From the NCBI GenBank assembly GCA_964639895.1, contig CAZXEJ010000052.1:1-12472 (forward strand): a stretch of 12,472 nucleotides of DNA, read 5' to 3'. The position numbers were made by a program, and so were the translations under genes. This document shows, one piece after another, positions 7,081 through 12,472 of this stretch; the first letter of the stretch is position 1, and each line of letters begins with the position of its first letter. The DNA is from an uncultured Spirochaetia bacterium. GTDB lineage: Bacteria > Desulfobacterota_D > UBA1144 > Nemesobacterales > JADFKM01. The notes under the pieces are model-generated. The model did no database searches and was not told the DNA's origin. It was given only the letters and a program-made list of their open reading frames with translations.

Positions 7081-7919
7081 TGTCCGGCGTGAGGCAAACT
7101 GTCTCACGGCCCGATTTAGCCGCGGTACGCGTCGAGCGCCTGCGCGGCAACGGGCGACACGGCGCGGTGCCTCCTGGCCGGTTGCGCGTAGGACGGCCGG
7201 TGAGGTTGGGCGGTTGGGCCGTGTGTCGGCTGGAGCCGTGGGCGCGCCTGACCTCAGACTGCGTGTAGGGGGAGGGCCGGCGTAGTTACGGGCCGTCGCT
7301 TTGTTTAGGTGCTGCTTTCCTCTACCCCTAGGGGGCGAGGAGGGAGCTGTTGCGTGCGGCGGTGTGCATAAGCTGGAAGGGGCGGGGGCGGGTGAGGCAC
7401 CGAGGACGTGGGGGATGGATTGGGCTCGGTCTCCGTGTGAGCACGCGCGAGCCGCGAGCATGGGGACGACCGCCGCGCGATGCGGTGCCGTGCTACCGCG
7501 AGGAGTGGGAGAGACTCGGCGCGTTTGGGTGGGCCCTTACGTTGGAATCACGCATTCGGCCGGCTGGAAGGAGCCGGGAGCGTGGTGGTCTCTGCCGCCG
7601 CGGACAAGCCGTATTATCGAGTTCCGGTGTTGGAAAGTCCTCATGGGTACACCCCTTGTTGTGGCGCGGGGGAATTAATGTGGGGGAGACGCCGTCCCGG
7701 CGACCGTGTTGCCTTACTGCAATGCGTGGGGCGAATGGACGCGGAGCCGACGTCGGTCGGTTGCAGGCATACACCTCGGAGCTGTGGGTATCACATTGTA
7801 AGAGCCGCGCGTCGTCCTGGTCGTCGGCGGGTATGTGTCCCTCTCGTATGGTAAGTGTGGCAGTCGGCCACTGTGTCCTGCGGCTCTCACGAGCTTTTCT
7901 TTTCTTTGCGTCAATACGG

Positions 7920-7947
7920 TTGCAATTTGGCTGGATACGTATACAAT
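7920..7947 (+). promoter_or_regulatory. Candidate sigma-70 promoter inside a conspicuous AT-rich island (7890-7950), upstream of the hairpin terminator
   Basis: TTGCAA (7920-7925), a 16-bp spacer, then TACAAT (7942-7947). It is preceded by a T-rich UP-like tract gagcttttcttttctttgcg. The surrounding 60 bp are far more AT-rich than anything else in the spacer. Confidence 0.3.
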
Positions 7948-7993
7948 ATTGAGCCTTCACGCCTAGCCCCCTGGTCGCGGGCGGGTGTCCGAT

Positions 7994-8048
7994 CGGCCTC
8001 GGGCCTCACCGGCTGGCCGGCGAGGCCGGGACAGTGTGTTTCCTTTGG
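7994..8048 (+). terminator. Intrinsic-terminator-like nested hairpin plus U-rich tail on the + strand, immediately upstream of the rpsL promoter
   Basis: An outer 8-bp stem cggcctcg (7994-8001) pairs with cgaggccg (8021-8028) and encloses an inner ccgg-ctgg-ccgg stem-loop. It is followed by ggacagtgtgtttcctttgg (U-rich). The reverse complement has no U-tract, so the polarity is +. Confidence 0.4.
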
Positions 8049-8058
8049 GTCGTAATCC

Positions 8059-8088
8059 TTGACACTACAGTCCTCTTATGGATAGTAT
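8059..8088 (+). promoter_or_regulatory. Probable str-operon (rpsL) promoter
   Basis: A perfect -35 TTGACA (8059-8064), an 18-bp spacer, then a -10 TAGTAT (8083-8088), about 45 nt upstream of the rpsL ATG. GGGAG at 8118-8122 serves as the SD. Confidence 0.5.
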
Positions 8089-8134
8089 ATTGGATTACGT
8101 TTTTACCATGCAGTTGACGGGAGTAGCCTAGCGA

Positions 8135-8506
8135 ATGCCGACTATAAATCAGCTTGTCCGAGAAGGAAGAGAGAAGGTACGAAAGAAGAGCAAGGCCCCG
8201 GCGCTCCAGGGCTCCCCGCAGCGCAGGGGGGTGTGCGTCAGGGTATACACGACTACTCCCAAGAAGCCCAACTCGGCGCTGAGGAAGGTGGCAAGGGTGA
8301 GGCTTACGAACGGTATCGAGATCACCGGCTACATACCCGGTGAGGGACACACGCTTCAGGAGCACTCCGTCGTGCTGGTCCGCGGCGGCAGGGTGAAGGA
8401 TCTGCCCGGCGTGCGGTACCACATAGTGCGCGGAACGCTTGATGCCACCGGCGTCGAGGACAGACGCAAGAGCCGCTCCAAGTATGGAGCCAAGAGACCC
8501 AAATAG
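8135..8506 (+). CDS. rpsL: 30S ribosomal protein S12
   Basis: The translation [103 protein letters not shown]... is canonical S12, including wild-type KK and RVKDLPG. The stop is TAG at 8504-8506. Confidence 0.97.
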   Translation: MPTINQLVREGREKVRKKSKAPALQGSPQRRGVCVRVYTTTPKKPNSALRKVARVRLTNGIEITGYIPGEGHTLQEHSVVLVRGGRVKDLPGVRYHIVRGTLDATGVEDRRKSRSKYGAKRPK

Positions 8507-8539
8507 CTGATACGTATCTACAGCAGAGGATAGACTGAC

Positions 8540-9007
8540 ATGCCTCGTAAAGGATCGGTGCCAAAGCGGAAGGTGTTGCCCGACTACAAGTACGGGGACG
8601 TCTCGGTGACCAAGACGATAAACGCCATCATGCGCGACGGCAAGAAGAGCAAGGCCGAGAAGATCTTCTACGGTGCCATGGACATAATCGCCAAGAAGAC
8701 GGGCAAGGACCCGCACGAGGTGTTCACCAAGGCGCTCGGCAACATAAAGCCTTCCGTCGAGGTCCGGCCTCGTCGCGTGGGTGGTGCTACTTACCAGGTG
8801 CCCATGGAGGTCAACCACTTCCGCCGCCAGTCGCTCGCCATAAGGTGGCTCATCCAGGCCGCCCGCTCAGGCAAGGGGCCCATGATGGAGCGGCTGGCCA
8901 GCGAGATACTGGACGCGGCCGAGGGGCGTGGGGCTGCAGTGAAGAAGAAGGAAGACACACATAGGATGGCCGAGGCGAACAGGGCGTTCGCCCATTACAG
9001 GTGGTAG
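8540..9007 (+). CDS. rpsG: 30S ribosomal protein S7
   Basis: The translation [48 protein letters not shown]...[35 protein letters not shown] is canonical S7. GAGGA lies 9 nt upstream of the ATG; the stop is TAG at 9005-9007. Confidence 0.97.
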   Translation: MPRKGSVPKRKVLPDYKYGDVSVTKTINAIMRDGKKSKAEKIFYGAMDIIAKKTGKDPHEVFTKALGNIKPSVEVRPRRVGGATYQVPMEVNHFRRQSLAIRWLIQAARSGKGPMMERLASEILDAAEGRGAAVKKKEDTHRMAEANRAFAHYRW

Positions 9008-9009
9008 AG

Positions 9010-11106
9010 ATGGAGAGGTCCAAAGCCGCAGGCGGCAGCGAAAAGAGCAAAATAAGGAATATCGGTATCGTAGCGCACATCGATGCGGGCAAGACCACTA
9101 CGACCGAGCGCATACTCTACTACACGGGCCTTACCTACAAGATAGGCGAGGTGCACGAGGGCACCGCCACCATGGACTGGATGGAGCAGGAGCGCGAGCG
9201 GGGTATAACCATCACCTCCGCCACCACTACCTGCTTCTGGAGAGACCACAGAATAAACATTATCGATACGCCCGGCCACGTCGATTTCACCATCGAGGTC
9301 GAACGATCGCTCAAGGTGCTCGACGGCGCCGTCGTCATCTTCGACAGCGTGGGTGGCGTCGAGCCGCAGTCGGAGACCGTCTGGCACCAGGCCGACCGCT
9401 ATGGTGTCCCCAGGCTGTGTTTCATAAACAAGATGGACCGCGTGGGGGCCGATTTCTTCCGAGTGGTTGGACAGATACGTGAGCGCCTGGGGGCCAACCC
9501 CGTCTACATCCAGATCCCCTGGGTCGAGGGCGACGAATTCAAGGCCATAATCGATCTCGTCGAGATGAAGCTCGTCGTCTGGGACGAGACCTCCCTCGGG
9601 ATGCAGTACAAGTTCGAGGAGATCCCGCCCCAGCTGGCGGAGACGGCCGAGAAGGGCAGGGAACAGCTTCTCGAGGCCGTCTCGGACATCGACGACACCC
9701 TGATGGAGAAATACCTCGAGGGTGAGGAGATGTCCAAGGAGCAGATCATAGGTGCGCTTCGTGAGGCCACGATCGAGCTCAAGGTGGTACCCGTGCTCTG
9801 CGGGGCCGCGTTCAAGAACAAGGGCGTCCAGAGGCTGCTCGACGCCATCGTGGACTTCCTTCCCTCGCCGCTCGACCTGCCGCCCATAAAGGGCGTCAAT
9901 CCCAAGAGCGGTGAGGAAGAGTTGCGCCACCCCTCGGACGAGGAGCCGTTCTCGGCCATTGCCTTCAAGATAATGACCGACCCCTTTGTGGGGCAGCTTA
10001 CGTACGTAAGGGTCTACTCCGGCAAGCTCCGCGGCGGCAGCACCGTCTACAACTCCACCAAGGGCAAGCGCGAGAAGATCGGAAGACTGCTCAGAATGCA
10101 CGCCAACAAGCGTGAAGAGATTTCCGAAGTGACGGCCGGCGACATCGCCGCCGCCGGTGGGCTCAAGATCACTACCACCGGCGACACCCTTTGTGACGAC
10201 GCCCACCCCATCATCCTCGAAAGCCTCCAGTTCCCCGAACCCGTCATCTCCATTGCGATAGAACCCAAGACAAAGAGCGACCAGGAAAAGCTCGGCGTGG
10301 CGCTGGGCAAGCTGGCCCTGGAAGACCCGTCGTTCAAGGTCAGACACGACGAAGAGACCGGCCAGACGGTGATATCGGGCATGGGCGAGCTCCATCTGGA
10401 GATAATAGTCGACCGACTGAGGCGCGAGTTCAACCTTGACGCCAAGGTCGGAAAACCGCAGGTCTCCTACAAGGAAACCCTTACCGTGCCGGCCGAGGCC
10501 GAGGCGAAGTTCGTCCGCCAGACGGGCGGCCGCGGCCAGTACGGGCACGTCAAGCTGCGCCTCGATCCGCTTCCGCGCGGCGAGGGGTTCAAGTTCATCG
10601 ACGAGACCAAGGGCGGCGTGATACCCAAGGAGTTCATCCCGGCCGTGGAAAAGGGCATACAAGAGGCCATGGAGACCGGCGTCGTGGCGGGCTACCCGGT
10701 CGTGGACGTCGAAGCCCACCTGCTGGACGGCTCCTACCACGAGGTGGACTCCTCGGAGTTGGCATTCAAGATAGCCGGATCGATGGCCTTCAAGGACGCC
10801 TTCGTGAAGGGCAAGCCCGTCATACTGGAGCCCGTAATGAAGGTCGAGGTCGTCGTGCCGGAGGAGTTCGTGGGAGGCGTCATAGGTGACCTTACCTCCC
10901 GCAGGGGCAGGGTGAGCGGCACCGAGGTGCGCGGCCACATGCACGCCGTAAGGGCGTTCGTGCCCCTGGCCGAGATGTTCGGTTACGCCACGGTCCTGCG
11001 CTCGCTCACCGAGGGGCGTGGGACGTTCACGATGGAGTTCTCCCACTACGAGCCGCTGCCTCGAGCCAAGTCCGAGGAGCTGGAGTCCAAGGCCAGCAGA
11101 GCGTAG
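9010..11106 (+). CDS. fusA: Translation elongation factor G
   Basis: Translation [53 protein letters not shown]... shows the EF-G G-domain motifs, and full-length EF-G-like similarity is evident. The ATG at 9010 is preceded by AGGTGG (8997-9002) and lies 2 nt after the rpsG stop. The ORF-track start at 9001 is a GTG inside the rpsG stop region and is less likely. Confidence 0.95.
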   Translation: MERSKAAGGSEKSKIRNIGIVAHIDAGKTTTTERILYYTGLTYKIGEVHEGTATMDWMEQERERGITITSATTTCFWRDHRINIIDTPGHVDFTIEVERSLKVLDGAVVIFDSVGGVEPQSETVWHQADRYGVPRLCFINKMDRVGADFFRVVGQIRERLGANPVYIQIPWVEGDEFKAIIDLVEMKLVVWDETSLGMQYKFEEIPPQLAETAEKGREQLLEAVSDIDDTLMEKYLEGEEMSKEQIIGALREATIELKVVPVLCGAAFKNKGVQRLLDAIVDFLPSPLDLPPIKGVNPKSGEEELRHPSDEEPFSAIAFKIMTDPFVGQLTYVRVYSGKLRGGSTVYNSTKGKREKIGRLLRMHANKREEISEVTAGDIAAAGGLKITTTGDTLCDDAHPIILESLQFPEPVISIAIEPKTKSDQEKLGVALGKLALEDPSFKVRHDEETGQTVISGMGELHLEIIVDRLRREFNLDAKVGKPQVSYKETLTVPAEAEAKFVRQTGGRGQYGHVKLRLDPLPRGEGFKFIDETKGGVIPKEFIPAVEKGIQEAMETGVVAGYPVVDVEAHLLDGSYHEVDSSELAFKIAGSMAFKDAFVKGKPVILEPVMKVEVVVPEEFVGGVIGDLTSRRGRVSGTEVRGHMHAVRAFVPLAEMFGYATVLRSLTEGRGTFTMEFSHYEPLPRAKSEELESKASRA

Positions 11107-11262
11107 CGCCGGCTGCGGCATGCTGGGTTGCATGGGGCGAGGTCGAGTGTAGAGAGGCGATAGAGTGGGGCGAGGAAGAGGAAGAGGTTGAGGTGGTGGT
11201 AGGCGGAGAGAGGGCATATAAGAGAGGATATAACCAAAGGAGACGGAGGGTAAGGAGAGTCG
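11107..11262 (+). promoter_or_regulatory. Unusually long (156 bp), almost pyrimidine-free fusA-tuf spacer and tuf leader, packed with SD-like GGAGG/GAGG/AAGGAG repeats; may contain an internal tuf promoter
   Basis: The sequence gaggaagaggaagaggttgaggtggtggtaggcggagagagggcatataagagaggatataaccaaaggagacggagggtaaggagagtcgATG has about 8 C in its last 110 nt. Several TATAAG/TATAAC -10-like hexamers are present. AAGGAG at 11252-11257 lies 5 nt from the ATG. Confidence 0.4.
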
Positions 11263-12450
11263 ATGTCGAAGGAGAGATTTGAGCGGACGAAGCCGCATTT
11301 GAACATAGGGACGATAGGGCACGTGGATCATGGGAAGACGACGCTGACGGCGGCGATAACGGCGGTGTTGCGTGAGCATGGTAAGCGTGCGGAGGCGGTG
11401 TCGTTCGAGGACATAGACAAGGCGCCGGAGGAGAAGGAGCGTGGGATAACGATCAACATAGCGCACGTGGAGTACGAGACGGACAAGCGGCACTACGCGC
11501 ATGTGGATTGTCCTGGGCATGCGGACTACATAAAGAACATGATCACAGGGGCGGCGCAGATGGATGGGGCGATTTTGGTGGTGAGTGCGCCGGACGGGCC
11601 GATGCCGCAGACACGGGAGCACATATTGCTGGCGCGTCAGGTTGGTGTACCGGCGATGGTGGTGGCGCTGAACAAGGTAGACATGATGGACGACGAGGAG
11701 TTGTTGGATTTGGTGGAGCTGGAGGTTCGGGAGCTGCTGACGCAGTACGGGTATCCAGGGGATGAGGTACCGGTGGTGAGGGTGAGTGCTCTTAAGGCGT
11801 TGGAGAGCGGGGGCAAGGAGGATCACGGGGTATTGAAGTTGATGGAGGCTGTGGACGAGTACATACCGGATCCAGTGCGAGAGGTGGACAAGCCGTTTTT
11901 GATGGCGATAGAGGACGTGTTCACGATATCCGGGCGTGGGACGGTTGTGACGGGGCGAGTGGAGCGGGGGCGGATACGAGCCGGTGACGAGGTGGAGATA
12001 GTGGGTTTTGGGGAGACGCGCAAGACGGTGGCTACGAGTCTGGAGATGTTCCGGAAGATACTGGACGAGCTGCAGGCTGGAGACAACGCAGGGGTGTTGT
12101 TGCGTGGCATAGGCAAGGACGAGGTGGAGCGTGGGCAGGTTTTGGCCGAGCCTGGGAGCATAACGCCTCACAAGAAGTTTGCTGCTGAGGTATATGTGCT
12201 GAAGAAGGAGGAGGGGGGGCGTCACACGCCGTTTTTCAACGGGTATCGGCCGCAGTTTTACTTCCGGACGACTGATGTGACGGGGGAGATAAAGTTGCCG
12301 GAGGGGGTTGAGATGGTGATGCCGGGCGACAACGTACAGATGGAGGTTGAGCTGATAGCGCCTGTGGCGATGGAAGAGGGGTTGAGGTTCGCCATACGCG
12401 AGGGCGGCCGCACGGTCGGAGCCGGCGTGGTTACCAAGATCATAGAGTGA
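11263..12450 (+). CDS. tuf: Translation elongation factor Tu
   Basis: Translation [33 protein letters not shown]...[26 protein letters not shown]...NKVDMMDD...[21 protein letters not shown] is canonical EF-Tu. The stop is TGA at 12448-12450. Third codon positions are overwhelmingly G (GGG, ACG, GCG, GTG, TTG, ATA) until about 12390, then switch to C-ending codons. Confidence 0.97.
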   Translation: MSKERFERTKPHLNIGTIGHVDHGKTTLTAAITAVLREHGKRAEAVSFEDIDKAPEEKERGITINIAHVEYETDKRHYAHVDCPGHADYIKNMITGAAQMDGAILVVSAPDGPMPQTREHILLARQVGVPAMVVALNKVDMMDDEELLDLVELEVRELLTQYGYPGDEVPVVRVSALKALESGGKEDHGVLKLMEAVDEYIPDPVREVDKPFLMAIEDVFTISGRGTVVTGRVERGRIRAGDEVEIVGFGETRKTVATSLEMFRKILDELQAGDNAGVLLRGIGKDEVERGQVLAEPGSITPHKKFAAEVYVLKKEEGGRHTPFFNGYRPQFYFRTTDVTGEIKLPEGVEMVMPGDNVQMEVELIAPVAMEEGLRFAIREGGRTVGAGVVTKIIE

Positions 12451-12452
12451 AT

Positions 12453-12469
12453 CCCCCTCGACCGGGGAC
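12453..12469 (+). terminator. Possible terminator stem-loop after tuf, truncated by the window end
   Basis: tcccc-ctcgacc-gggga can pair as a 5-bp stem starting 2 nt after the tuf stop. The downstream sequence is not available to assess a U-tract. Confidence 0.15.
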
Positions 12470-12472
12470 GGT

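Noticed and set aside
6552-7097. The ORF track extends the minus-strand gene to a TTG at 7097, adding a 182-aa Pro/Thr/Ala-rich N-terminal region
   Set aside because: That strand is C-rich and G/A-poor, so stop codons are rare by composition alone. First codon positions are dominated by C rather than purines. The sequence is low-complexity and there is no RBS. A near-consensus promoter sits immediately upstream of the ATG at 6551. Absence of stops is not evidence of coding here.
7556-7585. ccggctggaaggagccggg looked faintly like the SRP RNA domain IV (GGAAGGAAGCAGCC) or a tRNA-like element
   Set aside because: Similarity is limited to a GGAAGGAGCC stretch. No GNAR tetraloop or symmetric-loop context is present. 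No tRNA T-loop (GTTCRANYC) or tmRNA tag-ORF signature was found anywhere in 6552-8134.
7631-7645. The 9-mer GGAAAGTCC, identical to the 5' half of the RNase P RNA P4 helix, suggested a bacterial RNase P RNA gene in the spacer
   Set aside because: The flanking sequence does not continue as GGGCUCCAUAGGGCA (type A) or AUGCUCGCACGG (type B). No matching 3' P4 half (ACAGAACCCGGCUUA-like) was found. A 9-mer match is expected by chance in 12 kb. It needs a covariance-model scan to be sure.
6468-7952. Plus-strand ORFs inside the big spacer (6468..7022, 184 aa; 7350..7952, 200 aa; 7301..7678; 7480..7854) and in the 3205-3550 spacer (3214..3549; 3362..4147 minus)
   Set aside because: Their translations are Gly/Arg/Trp/Cys-rich with no hydrophobic cores, no RBS and no codon periodicity. 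They are artefacts of G-rich sequence.
8995-12225. Very long antisense ORFs opposite real genes: 8995..12225 minus (1076 aa), 2038..3357 minus, 3949..4698 plus, 482..1093 minus, 1364..2119 minus, 8006..8818 minus
   Set aside because: Each lies entirely antisense to a gene with unambiguous homology (fusA/tuf, SPFH, ubiB, protease, rpsL/rpsG) and translates to low-complexity sequence rich in Arg, Pro, His or Leu. They are the usual stop-codon-poor shadow ORFs of high-GC DNA.
1-12472. Scan for CRISPR arrays, IS inverted repeats, integrase or transposase genes, tRNA genes and rRNA
   Set aside because: No regularly spaced direct repeats of 25-40 bp, no terminal inverted repeats flanking any segment, and no transposase, integrase or RT-like translation in any frame. 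The window appears to be core chromosome.

Overview
The window is high-GC bacterial DNA, roughly mid-60s % GC, with several distinct parts. Bases 1-114 on the + strand are the 3' end of an unidentified gene. Next comes a secreted subtilisin-like (S8) serine protease at 339-2060, which carries Cys-rich Ca-binding-type repeats and an unclassified C-terminal anchor signal. An SPFH/band-7 (prohibitin/HflC-like) membrane protein follows at 2269-3204. On the minus strand, a hypothetical 443-aa protein (6551-5223) sits in a two-gene operon, translationally coupled through a TTGA overlap to a UbiB/ABC1-family atypical kinase (5226-3571). The first gene appears to be expressed as a leaderless mRNA from a near-consensus promoter. 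A strikingly long divergent spacer of about 1.58 kb (6552-8134) has no credible coding capacity. Its composition is G-rich and C-poor on the + strand, it has multiple G-quadruplex motifs, and it ends in an AT-rich promoter-like island plus a hairpin terminator. After the spacer comes the conserved str operon rpsL-rpsG-fusA-tuf (8135-12450). The most unusual signal is compositional. The tuf body and its purine-only leader (about 11125-12390) use almost exclusively G-ending codons (GGG, ACG, GCG, GTG, TTG, ATA). The co-operonic rpsL, rpsG and fusA use C-ending codons, as do the last ~20 codons of tuf itself. This implies a recombination, gene-conversion or transfer tract, or an unusual selective regime. 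Two further + strand segments (3205-3420 and about 6600-7080) share the same G-enriched, C-depleted polarity. No CRISPR array, rRNA, tRNA or recognizable mobile element was found.
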